A DNA stretch of 64,000 nt. Source: the human T2T-CHM13v2.0 reference genome, Homo sapiens. Positions 1 through 14,409 of this stretch are shown in pieces. Where the stretch lies: assembly GCF_009914755.1 (NCBI RefSeq), contig NC_060942.1; one strand, written 5' to 3'. A model generated the notes under the pieces. The model was not told where the DNA came from and ran no database searches. It was given only the letters and a program-made list of their open reading frames with translations. Every line of letters begins with the position of its first letter. The stretch's first letter is position 1. The position numbers were made by a program, and so were the translations under genes.

Positions 1-3000
1 CACCTGTCAGTAAAACAACCAGAACTGTCTGTGGAATGGTGCACCATGGAAACCAGAGAACGAAAAACAGAATCCTACCGTGAGTGCTATTTAGAGGTGC
101 CAGGCGCTGGGCTGGCAGCACGAGGGGCTGCATATCCACCCTGTGGACTCCTCCTCACGCTGCCACAGTGCCCTCTGGTCTTCTACAGAAGGACGCCACA
201 GACGTGCATCTCCCCACTGTCCCTTTGACTGTTTGGGACCATGCTGTCCAAAATTTAACACACAATTGAGCTCTTTTCCTGTCTCCTCAAATTCTGACTC
301 TGCATCCTAGATCTGGCCAGCGTTTCTCTCCCCTGCAGGGTACATCTCCTTTGGGCGTGGCCTCAGGATCCCCACACAGGAGGACTGACCTTGCCAAAGG
401 CCTGGCGAGGTGTGTTCCTGGGTCTCTGCCCAGAGGCATGTTAGACCCAGCCCCTTCCTCCAGGTCCACTCAGAGGTCAGGTCGTCGATCTAGACACGCC
501 TTTCACAAGCTACTTCTGCCTCTCCCTCTAAATATAAGCTGAGATGCCTAGTGGTTTCAAACAATAGAGATGATTTCATACACATGAAAACTTGATAAAA
601 TCATTAGAAGATGTCATTCAAAGTTAATGGGCAATTTTTCTCTCTAGGGTAGGTAATTATTTTGGTAGGCATTTTTTGAAAAATAAAATCTTAAGGTTTA
701 CTGACCAATTTTTTTGTTGTTGTTATATTCTATTTCCAGTAAGGATGCTCTGGCTGACTAACGTTCTCTTTTCGGATTCAATTGGACATGGTTCTCCAGT
801 GCTTCTTGGCTCTAATTACGGCGGAATGTGCCTGTGAGTTGTCCAACAGCTGCCACATCCTTGTTAAGGTTAGCTGCTTTTGAAAGTTAGTCCAAAGTTA
901 TATATCTTCAGAAAAAGTGAGCAGGAAGTTGCCATATTTGTCTAGATAATTAAGAATGAGATGTGGTAAAAGTGGGTCTGAATTTCAGATAGAGATTTCC
1001 TTTCCTGCTTGAATGGAATTGAAAAGAATGCAATTGATTTGGCATTAACATATTTTTGCTTCCTGGAAAAAAAAAGTTTTCCACTGTAACCGTTTCTGAC
1101 AGTTCTTGAATTCTCTAGAAGACCAAGAGTCCTATATGCCTAACAGACAAATATATTCAACATACACGTAGAATGTAATATTGAGGGTTAATATTTTCAC
1201 TCCTATTCAATTTAATAGATGTTTCTGGCATGATGGAATTGTGAAACTTTATTTCTCTCTCAATGTTTTCTAAAAACAAAGAAAAGAAAAGAAAAATAAA
1301 TGAAAGTAAATGAATTCTTAGGAAAAATATTTCCATATTTTCCATCTTCTCCCAAAACTTCATTTTTGGAAAATTCTAAAACAAATCTATTTAATTTTAT
1401 TACACTTCAAAGCTAAATTTTAAAAACTCTACAAGAAATTAAGATACATTTTGGTTAAGTGAAAAAATTAACTGTTAAAACTTTTCCTGGTTTAGACATT
1501 AATGAGAGAAGATCTTGTGAGAATTGAAGGAAAATAGAAAAAAAATATTGCAGTTGCAAGAGAAGAATGATGCCTGCTCCGTGGGAATAGTCAAGCCATG
1601 AAAAACCAGCCACCTCATTTCTTCCCCAGAAGACCATAAGCACATGGCATCTCACTTTGAGGGGCAAATTCTGAGTTTGGCACTTTATTTATATTTTATT
1701 AATGTAAACAATAACAAAACACGTTCAATCACAAGCACTCTACTCAGCCAGCTTTATGTCTACCTCTGAATCGAGGCACTTCTGAGATGCTTCTCAGTGT
1801 TAGGGAATGCTGGCCTGGAAGGCTTAGGAGCCAACTGGCAAGCTCATTAGAGGACCAAGAATTGCATCATAAAACAGTGGGACCAAATGTGTGGGCAGTT
1901 ATTTTAAAACATTATAAAAACCCACCACTGTGTATTTTTCTATGAATTGTTGACAAATGTGCTTAGTAATAGGATAAGTGAAGAAAAATGAATGAATTAG
2001 TTGAGATTTACTTACATTTTAACATTAATAATAAAATACATGATGTTAGATGAATAAAATAATCAATATAGACACCTTTATATAGACATCCTTATCCCAG
2101 AACTCTTTGTAAAGGACATGTAATGATCATAACCATAACAGCAGCAGCAACTCAACAACAAGAGTGGCCCCACAGGTTCATGGAGAACGTGGGCCACACA
2201 GACACTATGCTTGACCCATGAACGCGATTGCATTCAACCTCTCCTTAGGAGAGACTTGGCTACCAGATCACGGAACTGTTAAAGATGTAGAGGCCCCCTG
2301 GATGGGGTCAACTGGATGTGTCATTTTTCTGTTTAATTTCTAGGATGGAGTCCTAATGCCTTTGAAATAAGACGTAATTATGTGAACATCATATAAGAAA
2401 TTTATACCTATGATGACGTCTTACTCTATGTGTCTAAGACAAAAAAATTATGTCTGCTCTTATTCTTCCTACCACATAGCTCTGTGTTTATTGCTTCCTG
2501 AAAATTAATGTTTTTATTGATCACTCTTAAAAAAAAAAAAACAGGGTGAGAGGAAACTACTAAGTTGATTAAACTGGTAACCAGTTCTGCGATTTCTTCA
2601 CCAGCCTGCTTTATCATGATGATAAGACTTTGGTCTTATTTTCCAAATATCTGTAATGCCTCAAAATGAACCAATGATGTTTTAACCCAATAACTCAGCT
2701 TTTTTTTTCTTAAAGAATCTTGCTGAGTCACTTTCCTAATACCATTCTCCAGTCATGGAAGTCAGCCAGCTTTGTAATACTGTCTTACAGATGCTCTTCA
2801 ACTTTTATTGGTCACGATTTGTTTCCCTAAGATTTGTATGCCTTTCAAATCTTCAAAGTTAGTGAAGCTTTCTTCAGCCAGGATTCATCTGTTTATAGAG
2901 CAGAGTGGGTGGCTTTTGGAAAATACTTGACATGTTATAATATTGGGCTGAGGAGTCACACGCCACTATCCAAGTTGTCATTGAATGTGCATTTCCTCTT

Positions 3001-4923
3001 GGGAATGGAGTCCTTAAAACTTTGAGTCCTTTACCAATAGCAAAAATTAGCATCCCTTAACATTTTCACCTGCCTTAACATTGTGGCCTCTGTTCTGCAG
3101 ACTTCAGCTATTAAGTCAGTTTATTTTTCCCCGACATTATAAGCTACACGCTTCCCACTCACTTCTATCCTGTCTAGCAAACACACTAGTCTTTTCGGTT
3201 ACTACTTTAAATCACAATGAAAACTATGGTTGTGTATTCACATGCAACTATGGCGTGTGAGTTGATCCCATCCTCTGAGCCCAATCTGTGTGAAGGAAAA
3301 TGTTTCTCATTAGGAAACCACTTCGTTGTGATCCTTTGGAACCATTTCTAGCTTGTACAAATTATTCAAAATAGACATCTTTCCTTTCCCTGGACTCCAC
3401 CCCGGCCTTGTCTAGCTTTCTGGTGCTTCCAGAAGTTAAACAAGCAGATGTTATAAACAAAAACAAACAAACAAACAAAAAGCAAAACAAACAAAAAAAT
3501 AAAAAATAAAAAACATGAAAGACAAAAACAAAAAGAAAACCACTACCATGAATAAATTTCATCTTCTGTGCATTTCTGTTAAAATTTATAAATTTTATAT
3601 TCTCCATTAAATCTGTGAAGATAATACCCAACTATGTAAACACATTGATATTCGTGGATTTTAAAGAAAATTCTAACAGTACTGACTACTTAAAGTACAG
3701 ACTTAAAACTGTAAAATTATCCTGACACTTGAGGCTAAAGAACATCTTAGTAAGTGATTTGCTGTGTCTGTTAACATTTTGTGAAAATTTGTAGATGTGT
3801 ACACTATGTTTGGGTTTGAAGCACTTTCTCACCTCTAACTTTTTTCCTTCTTCACCCCCTTAATCACAGACACAGGAATGCAGCTGCCCTGTGTGTGTCT
3901 CCTTCATCCTGCTGGGGACAGGCACGGGCAAGGAGAGCTCAGGGGTAACACACGGGCATAATTGGGGTCTGATGAAATAGGCTAATCATGGATCCACTAA
4001 GCAAATATTAATTTTCATTGGAAGCCCTGCCATTTTGTGAACTTATAAGAAATAAACAGAAGTATTGTTAGCCTCAGGATGTATCTCTTTTCTTTAAGAA
4101 AAAAGAAACCCATTGATAAATGTCTCTGAAAGGCTAACTCTCACCACTTCATGCTCTTCTAATGCTTCTGCACTGTCCTATGTGAGGCTTGAGTGATGTG
4201 GGTGTGCCACTGAAGGGCCGTGGGTAGGAGCGGTGTGTTTTCTGAACACCTGTTACACCTTTATTACCCAGTTCTATGAAAACATGTATAACATAGAAGC
4301 AAAGCACTCATGCTAAAGATCGCTTCTGCTGATCCTTGCTGCCAAGATCTCCCTTACGGTCCTCAGCGTCTCTTCCCTTGACCAGGTTCTTCCTGTCTTC
4401 TTGGGCTGCTTTCTCTGTATTATTTTTCTCTTCTTCTTCCAGCTTATGGAAACCATTCCTACCACAATTTTCTCTTCTAAATTTGGTTTGATAAAACCAA
4501 ATACTTTTCATTGTTTCACCTGCAGTGATCTTTTTCTTAGACTTTTGCATTTTGCATTCTTTTAGTTTTAGTATCTGTACTGGCATTTCTTATATAGAGG
4601 TCCTGTTCACACCATGCCCACATTCTACAGTGGATTATACACTTTGAATATCAAGCTCCAGCTATATGAGGTAGTTTGGGATTATTGAAAGGACACCAAG
4701 AGGCAGAATGGCCATGTAAGTTATTGTTCAAGTCAGGATACTTTTGAGAGTTAAAAAAGGCAAGTTAACAACATCACACCACGGATGTAACTGGGACAAT
4801 TCCAGCCAAGAACTGAGATGGTCCTTTCTTTCCTCCTCTCCCACCCCATTCTCCTCCTTGTCCTCCTTCTTCTTCCTCCTCTTCCCCATCCTCCTCTACT
4901 GCCTGTTCATAGGGGAAATATAC

Positions 4924-4977
4924 GTCTGTCTGTCTATCTATCTATCTATCTATCTTTCTATCTATTATCTATCCATC
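4924..4977. repeat. (TCTG)n(TCTA)n compound tetranucleotide STR
   Basis: gtctgtctgtctatctatctatctatctatctttctatctattatctatccatc; preceded by a CT-rich low-complexity tract at ~4820-4900. Confidence 0.9.
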
Positions 4978-5127
4978 TCCCAAATGCAAACACTGAATCA
5001 CTAGTCAATAAGTCTCATTATAAATGTTTGATGCTAGCCCAATGCTGGGCTCACTTTCTAAACTCCTAGGTAATTCCACAACAGAAAGAAATAAGATTTC
5101 AGGTATTATTTTATGTTTCTTATAATA

Positions 5128-5602
5128 TTATCAGTATAGGATACTAGTTAAACTGTGGAGACACAGAGACAAATGGAGACTAGTCTGAATAACCTGGAGA
5201 CAGTCCTCTCTCACAGCAAAGTAAAATCTGGTTTGGTGGTTCTGCTTTGCAAAGTTATGACGGGCTCAAGCTCTTCCTACCTTTTTGCCTCACTCTCCTG
5301 ACCTGTTGTCCTCTCCACATAGCCCCAGATGACTCACCATCATATCCACATTCTAGCCAGTGGGAAGGGGAAATGGAGTTGGTAAAAGCATGTTCCTCTT
5401 TCTCTTGTGCACTGCAACTCTGCACAGTCCATCTGTTCTTACCCCATTGGCCAGAATGCAGTCACCTTGCTTCTACTGGCTGCAAGGAAGGATGGGGATT
5501 GTAGTTTTTCCCATGAGAACTCATATACCCAGACTAAAATTGGTAACTGTATTATCAAGAGAGAGTGGGAGCAACTTGGGGACATTGACAGTTTCTGTCA
5601 CA
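5128..5602 (-). mobile_element. Old MaLR LTR (MLT1J/K/L-like)
   Basis: Hallmark motif ccattggccagaatgcagtcac...ggctgcaaggaaggatggggattgtagt; boundaries approximate. Confidence 0.65.
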
Positions 5603-5773
5603 CTTAGCAATATGATGTACTCATAGAGGGATACACAATTCTTGCTGTTGTTGCCTATTGATAACTTCACTGTGTATTTTCTGGTCTTCAGTTTACCATA
5701 TTGTGATATATACTGTGTACATGTATAGGGACTTCATTACTTTCACTCAAAAGCTCCAATAAAGAATCATGCA

Positions 5774-5907
5774 GTCTAGGTGCAGTGGCTCACACTTGTA
5801 ATCCCAACACTTTGGGAGGTCAAGGCAGGAGGATCGCTTGAGGCCAGGAGTTTGAGACCAGCCTGGGCAACATAGGGAGACCCAATCTTTACAGAAAATA
5901 ATAATAA
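5774..5907 (+). mobile_element. Free left Alu monomer (FLAM_C-like)
   Basis: Alu left-arm sequence plus A-rich tail, flanked by exact 13-bp TSD aaagaatcatgca (5761-5773 and 5908-5920). Confidence 0.9.
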
Positions 5908-7547
5908 AAAGAATCATGCAAATCTCTAATTGTGGAAGTGTTATTTTAGCAAACTACATGAAAAGCTTACGGGTTATACCATTCATTTCCTTACCATGAC
6001 ATTTTATTTAATTTAACTACAAAATCTCAAAGAGTCTAATACTTTCTGATGCTCTTTTCATTTTGTGCCTTTCACATTATAATTTATAGCTTAAAGCCAC
6101 CTTTCTCAAAGTCTAAAAATCTGTTAGTCAATTTTTCCCTTTTTATAACCTTTCCATATATTCTGTCATATTAAAGAGATGATGAAGCCCATTATGGCCA
6201 TTAGAATTCTGATGCAATTAAGTTTTATTCCACTATAAGTGACAGGTACTTGATTCCTTCTTGGAATGGGATAATTTTCTACAGGCCTGCAACTCTTACA
6301 CCCTCGTTAATTTGCAAGGCTGTTTTAGAAAATATGTTGTCAGTGCTGAATGAGGTACATCTCTAACTTTGAACAAATCATTGTCTTAATGTTCTTCAGG
6401 TTATAACATCCATTTAAAGAAAAACCTCACCATTGTCCCCAGGAGAGTCAATAAAAATGCTTCTGTGCTTTGTTTGTGGACACTTAAATAATAGGAGAGC
6501 TCCCCCTACTGATTGACGTTAGGGAATTATGGAGGAGGGGCTAATCTCAGGCCTTTCGCTCTTGTTAATTTCTCTAATGCTCATGCACAGACCAAGATGA
6601 AAATCAAAAGCAAGCCTGTTTGACACTGGCTTTTGAAATGCTTAAAAACATCAGCATTTGTCAAGTGGAAAGATTTTCATTTCAAAGTTCTAACAGGTTA
6701 TTATTATTCCAAGCAATGGAGAGTTAAAAAAGGTTGAACAACTATAATAATGGTGGCATCTAAGTGTGGGGAGTGATCAGGTGTTATTGTTTGTTTGCAT
6801 AAAATGATATCACCTAGCTTTGTGTTGGGTTTGTTTAAGAAATGTAGGCTAATTAGGCCATACAAGTAACTTTGTTTTCTGAAAATTAATTAAGCTTTTG
6901 TGGCCTTACCAGGTTACAGGGCCAGGCTCACCTCCCACACAGTTGCTCTGGAGCTATGTAGGAGGCAAGCCTGTCTCACGCTGAACTGCCAGGTGATGCC
7001 GTCACGGGAAGAATGGAGTTTAGTAATGCTGCATTTGAAGTCTTGTTCAAGTCGTAAAATGTTGGATTCTATTTTTATTAAATCGCTTAAACTTTCAACA
7101 TAGTGAAAAAGATTTATTTAACATACATTTCACAGGCCTTTTTGAATGCATATTTTTTGGGAAAAAATACAGCAGAGGACATTTCTATAACTAAAGCTAC
7201 TGTCCTGAAGGGACAAAACAAGCGCGTTAACTATTGAGGTCCTATTGTTTCATCAGGCCATCGGCAGAAACATTGAAAATGTTGTATTTGTAGGGTTATG
7301 AGGGAGCTCTACCCATCTCCTTCAAGTAAGACAGACATAAATCCTCTTTATGATTCGAGAATATCGTATAGAATCTACATAAAGTCTTAGAGGCTGTAGA
7401 GAAATAGGTTTTATTGTAAGAACCCCCAAGTAGAGAAACCAAACCAAGCATCTGGAGAAGCATATGATGTAGTGAGCTTGACAAAAAAATGCCTCATCTA
7501 TAGGAAGAAGGACTGTTTTTAGCAACCTCCTTTTTGTATCTGAACAC

Positions 7548-9155
7548 TTTTTTAAAACAGCTCTATTGAGATGTAATTTACATACCATAAAATTCTCCCA
7601 TTTAAATTATACAGTTCAATGCTTTTAATATATTTACAGAGTTGTGTAACAATCATGATCTGATTTTGGAACATTTTTCATCACCTCCAAAAGAAACCCC
7701 ATGTCTATGAGGTGTCACTTCTTATCACCCCCTCAATCTTCAACCCCGTACCCATTAAAAGTCACTCCCTATCACCCCCCTCAATCTTCAACCCCAGCCT
7801 CTGAAAGTCACTTATCTGCTTTTGCCTCCATGAATTTACCTCTTCTGGACATTTAATATAAATGGAATAATAATATTTGATCTTTTGTGATTGGCTTTGT
7901 TTCATGGCATAATATTTGAGGTTTATCCTTGTTTTAGCATGTATAAGTAATTCATCTTTTTTTGCCAAATAGTATTCCATTGTATGGGCATACCACATTT
8001 TGTTTATCCATTTATCAGCTGAAGGACATTTGGGTTGTTTACACTTTTTGGCTGTTACGAGCAGTAGCTGCCCTCGGTCTTCATCCAGAAGTCTTTGCAG
8101 GGACATATGTTCTCATTTTCCTTGGGTAGTTACTTAGGAGTGGAATTTCTGGGACATATGGTGACTCTATATTTAACATATTGAGGAACTGCCCAAATGT
8201 TCTCCAGTGTTTCTGCACCTTTTTACATTCCCACCAGTAAGGTGGGTTCCAATTTCATCACATCCTTACCAACCTTTATTATTGGCTTTTTGATTATAGC
8301 TATTCTATTGGATGTGCAGTGGAATCTTATTGTAGTTTTGATTTGCATTTCCCTAATGAGTAAGGACATTGAATATCTTTTCATGTGCTTTTTCGCCATT
8401 TGTATATCTTCTTTGGAGAAATGTCTGTTCAAATCATTTGCCTGTTTTATGACTGGGTTATTCTTATCATTATTGTGTTATGTGAAGTTGCTTTTATATA
8501 CTTTGGATACAGGTCTTTTATCAGATATATAATATTTTCTCTAATTTTATGGGCTGATATTCCAATTACTTGATGATGTTGTTTGACTCATAAAAGTTTT
8601 TAATTTTGATGAAGTCTAATTCATCAATTTTGCCTTTTATTGTTTCTGCTTTTGGTGTCACATTTAAGCAATCACTGCCTAACCTAAAGTTCCAACAGGT
8701 CACAGAGATTTACTTCTAAGTCTTTTTACAAGACATAGAAATTGGTTTAGTTTTTACAGTTAGGTCTATGATCCATTTTGAGTTTAGTTTGTATATGGCA
8801 TAAGGGAGGGGGCTAAATAAAGCCTTATGCATGTGGATATTCAGTAATCTCAGCACATTTATTGAGGGGACTGTTTACCCCCATTGGCATCTTTATGGAA
8901 AATTAATTGACTATAAGTGTAAGTTTTTCTTTCTGGACTTTTAACTTTATTCCATTCATCAATGTGTCTATCTTCATGCCAGTACCACACTGCTTTAATT
9001 ATTATAGCTTTGTAATAGGTTTTAAAATGGGAGAATGTGAGTCTTCTTTGTCTTTTTTTTTTTTTTTTTTTTTTAGCATTGATTTAGCTATTCTTGGTCC
9101 TTTGCATTTCTATAGGAATTTTAAGGTCAACGTATCAATTTCTGCAAAAAGAAAA
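7548..9155 (-). mobile_element. L1MB-type LINE-1 3' portion
   Basis: L1MB 3'UTR antisense (aacagctctattgagatgtaatttacataccataaaattc...). Minus-strand ORF fragments KQPKCPSADKWINKMWY and [19 protein letters not shown] match the L1 ORF2 C-terminus. Confidence 0.9.
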
Positions 9156-9319
9156 ATGGCCCCTTTTATTGATATTCCCTCTGTAGGGGTTTGGTATACC
9201 TCTCAGAGTCATATGCAATTTCCCCACCTCTGTCTCCTGCTAACTCAGCCCACTAAACTTATGCTGTAAGAACCCTCTGGTACATGGGGGACACCAGGGT
9301 TAGAATACTTTTTACCACC

Positions 9320-9425
9320 TTGTGTGTCCCTGTGAAATCATCTGAACTTTTCAGCCTCAGTTTCCTCATTCATAATATGAGAATGAGAATGCTTAATTCA
9401 TGGGATGATTGTGAGAATAGAAAGT
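9320..9425 (+). mobile_element. MIR SINE fragment
   Basis: MIR core ctgaacttttcagcctcagtttcctcattcataatatgag. Confidence 0.7.
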
Positions 9426-10646
9426 GATTCTGGATCTTCTGGATTCTGGCTTGGCATATGAGGAGCTTGAAAGTCGTCACTCCATTCTAACAATAAGTAA
9501 GAAGCTGAACAAATGGCACAGTCAATGATTCATTAGATCTGTTGGAAAAGTGAGGTAACTGAGCAAACAGCCTGCCTCCAAAGTAGAGAGACAGACAGGT
9601 AAATACAGAGAATCATGTGAGTAAAGCAGAAACCCATCAGCAGAAACCTCCATGGGAACCAGAGCCCAGGAAGGGAAACTTAACCTGCAATTGAAAAAGT
9701 GTTGGAGGCTCAATGTGGACAAGGCTGAGAGTTAAAAACTCCAGGGGGACCCAGTAATAAAGAATGCCCCTTCTCCTGATACTTGTGAGGTTTACCTCCA
9801 GGAACTTGATTGGGCTTTCACAGAAAAATCCTTTTGTGCTCCCGGCAGGGGGAGAAGAAAAGTAACCGTTTTGAAATATGTCAGAACATTCTGTTCTTAA
9901 CAAGGACTGCCCTCAAGAGAGACAATTTTACAAGAGCCTAAACTACTGTGGTTTTTCTTTTTTTCATCTTTTTTGTTTTTGATTTTTTAGACCTTAGCCA
10001 CTCTTGGGGAAAAAAAAATGCCCAACTCTATCTCCCATTAGCCTTCCATGTGAAGAAGAAAAATACCCAACGAACTCACTCACCATCCTGTCTCACATGG
10101 CCAGGAGGTGGGGGGCTACTAAGAAACACTTGTGAAGTTTACAGTCTAGAGACCTAAGCTGGCTAAAAGACTGAGACTTAATCATAGGACTATAGAATAC
10201 TTCACCTCCCCCCCACACCTTACCACCACATTACTAAAGGCTTATTTATTTACCATAGATCCTTTTAATTAGAACATCATGTCTGGCTATCAAGAAAAAA
10301 AATTACAAGGCATACTAAAAGGCAGAAAAATACAGTTTGAAGAGACAAAGCAAGCATCAGAGCCCAATTCAGATAAGGCAGGGATGTTGGAATTATTAAA
10401 GCAGGCATTTAAAACAACTATGACTAATATGATAAGGGATGTGATAGATAAAGCAGACAGCATGCAAGAGCAGATGGGAAATGTAAACAGAGAGACAGAA
10501 ATTCTAAAAATGAAATACCAGAGGTCAAAAAACACTATAACAGAAATGAAGAATGCTTTTGATGGGCTCATTAGTAGACTGAACATGGCTGAAGGAAACA
10601 ATGTTTGAGCTTGAAAATGTCAACAGAAACTTCCAAAATGAGAGAG

Positions 10647-11235
10647 TGAGAGAGGAGGCAGTTAGAAGCCAGCTAGGTGGATATAGAGGGAGGGTCTCTG
10701 GAGAGGAAAAACACTCACAGGACCACATCTGCACCTCCCCTGCAGCTAGAAGAAAGAAATGTGGTAAAGAGCTTCCCCTAACGCCAGGATGTTTGCTCAG
10801 AAGGGACGGTCTCAACCCAGGTGCGGGTGCAATAAATCAACTTAAATATCCTTAACCTAGCTCATTATAATATCATTAACAAGAAATTAGCATTGTAGTT
10901 TTAGCCCTGCTGCGGGTTTCACTTAGGCACTCATGGGTAGTAACCAAGACAGAGTAGCTACGACCAACCCCAGGCATGTGCAGAGGCAACTTTACCCCTC
11001 CCCTTAGGGTAGAACCCACAGGAGCCTTCCTTGTCTTTGCCACATAAAAGATCGAGAACTTGCCTCATTTCTGGCAACCCTCTTCAGGTCTCCTCTCATT
11101 GCTGAGAGCTTTTCTGTTGCTTAATAAAACCCTGCTCTGCCTTAGCCACTCTCCAGTGTCTGTGTGCCTTATTCTTCTTGGTCGTGGGACAAGAACTCAC
11201 ACTTAGCTGAACTAAGGAACAAGAAAACTGCAACA
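10647..11235 (+). mobile_element. ERV1-class solo LTR (MER84/MER83-like) inserted in L1MC ORF1
   Basis: TG...CA termini (tgagagaggaggcagttag ... aagaaaactgcaaca), TATA-like cataaaa ~11043, AATAAA ~11123. L1 ORF1 resumes immediately after. No clean TSD; family name tentative. Confidence 0.75.
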
Positions 11236-12055
11236 GTAGCAAAGAGAAAAAAAGACTGGGAAAGAATTAGAGCACAATGTCCGGGAACTGTGTGGGCAAC
11301 TACAGAAGAAGTAGCATGTGTGTAATGGAAATACCAGAAGCAGAAGAAAGAGAGAAAGAAACAGAAGAAATACTTGAAGAAATTCAACGCAGAATCTTCC
11401 TAAATTAATGTCAGAGAGGAAACCACAGATTCAGAAAGTTCAGAGAAGACAAAGCAGGCTAAATGCTCCCAAAAACTACACCTAAATATACCATATTCAA
11501 ACTGCAGAAAATCAAAAGTGAATAACAAATCTTGTAAGAAGCTGGAGGAAAAAGGCACCTTAGTAAAGATAAGAAATACTTTCAGCAGTACCCTAATACC
11601 AAAAGCAGACAAAGACATTATAAGAAAATAAAACAGACATTATAAGAAAAGACATTATAAGAAAATAAAACAGACCAATATATGTTCTGAACATAGATAC
11701 AAAAATCCTCAGTAAAATATTTGCAAAGCAAATCCAACAATATATAGAAAGAATTACACACCACAACCAAGTGGGGTTTATCCCAGGTAGAAAGGCTTGT
11801 TCAGCATTTGAAAATCAACCAATTTAATCCGTCACATCAATAGGCTATAAAAGCAAAATCACATGATCATATTAGTAGATGCCAAAAAGCTATTTGACAA
11901 AATCCAACACTCATGATAAAAAAGAAAGAAACCTCTCAGCAAACTAGAAATAGAAGGAAACTTTCTCACCTTGATAAAGAACATCTACAGAAAACCTACA
12001 GAGAACATACTTAATGGTGAGAAACGTACTTAACGGTGAGAAAATTTCACACTAA

Positions 12056-12409
<354 letters not shown>

Positions 12410-12964
12410 TAAGTATCATTCTGAGAGTTGTAGCTAATGCAAAAAGACAAAAATAAAAAAGGAAATAAAAGTTCTACTGATTGGGAAGAAAGAAAGAAGA
12501 ACTATCTTGTTTGCAAACAACATGATTATCTATGCAGAAAATCCAAAGGAATCAACAACAACAACAAAACTCTTGGAACTAATAAGCAATTATACAGCAA
12601 GTTTGTAGGATACAAGGTTAACAAGAAAGTTGATCACTCTCCTATATGTCAGCAATGAACAACTGGAATTTGAAATTAAAAACATGGTACCATTTACATC
12701 ACCACCCCTCAAAATAAAATGCTTATGTATAAACCTAATGAACTATGTGCTAGATCTTTATGAAGAAAACTACAAAACTCTGATGAAAGAAATCAAAGAA
12801 GAACTAAATAAATGGAGAGATATTTCATGTTATTGGATAGGAATACTCAATAATGTCAAAATGTCAGTTCTTCCTAATTTGATCTTTAGATTCAATGTAA
12901 TCCGAATCAAAATTCTGCAAGTTATTTTGTGAATGTTGACACAAACTGATTCTGAAATTTTTAT

Positions 12965-14135
12965 GGTTACTGTATGTCGTATCATAATTTGAAGTCAGGT
13001 AACATGATGCCTCCAGCTTTGTTATTCATGCTTAGTATTGCCTTGGCTATTGGAGCTTTGAGCTCTTTTTTTGGTTCTATATGTATTTTAAAATAGTTTT
13101 TTTTTCTAATTTTGTGAAGAATTTCATTGTTAGTTTGATAGGAATAGTACTGAATATTTAAATTGCTTTGGGCAGGATCACCATGATAGCAATATTGATT
13201 CTTCCTGTTTATGAGCATGGATATCCATTTGTTTGTGTCATCTCCAATTTCTTTGAGCAGTGTTTGTAATTTTTTTTTTTTTTTTTTTGGTAAAGATCTT
13301 TCACCTCCCTGGTTAGCTGTATTCCTAGGTATTTTATTCTTTCTGTGGATTGTGAATGGGATTGCATTCTTGATTTGGCTCTCAGCTTGGAGGTTGTTGG
13401 TGTGTAGAAATGCCATTGATTTTTGTACATTAATTTTGTATCCTGAAAATTTGTTGAAGTTGTTTATCAGACCGAGGAGCTTTTGGACAGAGGTTGTGGG
13501 TTTTCTAGGTATAGAATCATATTGCCTGCAAAAAGAGATAATTTGACTTCCTCTCTTCCTGTTTGGATGCCTTTTATTTTTTTCTCTTGCCTGATTGCTC
13601 TGGCTAGGACTTCCAGTACTATGGTGAATAGGAGTGGTGAGAGGGGGCATCCTTGTCTTGTTCCGGTTTTCGAGGATGATACTTCTGGCTTCTGTCCCTT
13701 CAGCATGATGTTGGCTGTTGGCTGTCATAGATGGCTCTTATTATTTTGAGGTATGTTCCTTCAATGCCTAGTTTGTTGAGGGTTTTTAACATGAAGGGAT
13801 GCTGAATTTTATTGAAAGCCTTTCCTATATCTGTTGAATGATCATGTGTTTTTGTTTTTAGTTCTGTTTATATAATGAATCATATTTATTGATTTGTGTA
13901 TGTTGAACCAACTTTGCACCCCAGAGATAAAGCCTACTTGATCATGGTGTATTAGCTTTTTGATGTGCTACTGGATTCAGTTTGCTGTATTTTGTTGAGG
14001 ATTTCTGCATCTATGTTTATCAAATACATTGGCTTGAAGTCTTCTTTTATTTCTATGTCCTACCAGGTTTTGGTATCAAGATGATGCTGGCCTCATAGAA
14101 TGAGTTAGGAAGGAGTCCCTCCTCCTCAATTTTGG
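12965..14135 (-). mobile_element. L1PA15/16-like ORF2 (reverse transcriptase region) fragment
   Basis: Minus-strand peptide [57 protein letters not shown] (degenerate FADD motif); frameshifted. Confidence 0.9.
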
Positions 14136-14139
14136 AAGA

Positions 14140-14393
14140 ATATTCCATACTTATCGATAGGAGAAACCAATATTTTTTAAATGGCCATACTGTTTAAAAG
14201 AAATGTACAGATTCAATGCGATTCCTATCAAACTAACAATGACATTCTTCACAAAATTAGAAAAAAAGCTAGTTTAAAATACATATGGAATCAAAAAAGA
14301 ACTTGAATAGCCAAGGCAGTCCTAAGAATAAAAAATAAAGCTGGAGGCATCATGTTGCCCAACTTCAAACCATACTACAAGGCTACAGTAACC
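14140..14393 (+). mobile_element. Second, oppositely oriented L1PA15/16-like ORF2 fragment
   Basis: ...attcctatcaaactaacaatgacattcttcacaaaattag...aaagctggaggcatcatgttgcccaacttcaaaccatactacaaggctacagtaacc; inverted copy of 12965-13225. Confidence 0.85.
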
Positions 14394-14409
14394 ATAAAAA
14401 ATTTAGAAT

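Noticed and set aside
1-840. + strand exon candidates (donor CC|GTGAGT at ~79; GACTAAC branch-like site with a 34-nt exon at ~800-833)
   Set aside because: No recognisable peptide and signals are within chance expectation
4308-4586. Charged 92-aa ORF (EEEEKNNTEKAAQEDRK...) as a coding exon
   Set aside because: Composition follows from a pyrimidine-rich + strand; poor acceptor and no recognisable homologue
7696-7795. ~47-bp tandem duplication
   Set aside because: Old diverged slippage duplication inside an L1MB 3'UTR; unremarkable
12982-13728. 248-aa ORF as a gene
   Set aside because: Mostly off-frame translation of a frameshifted L1 ORF2 fragment
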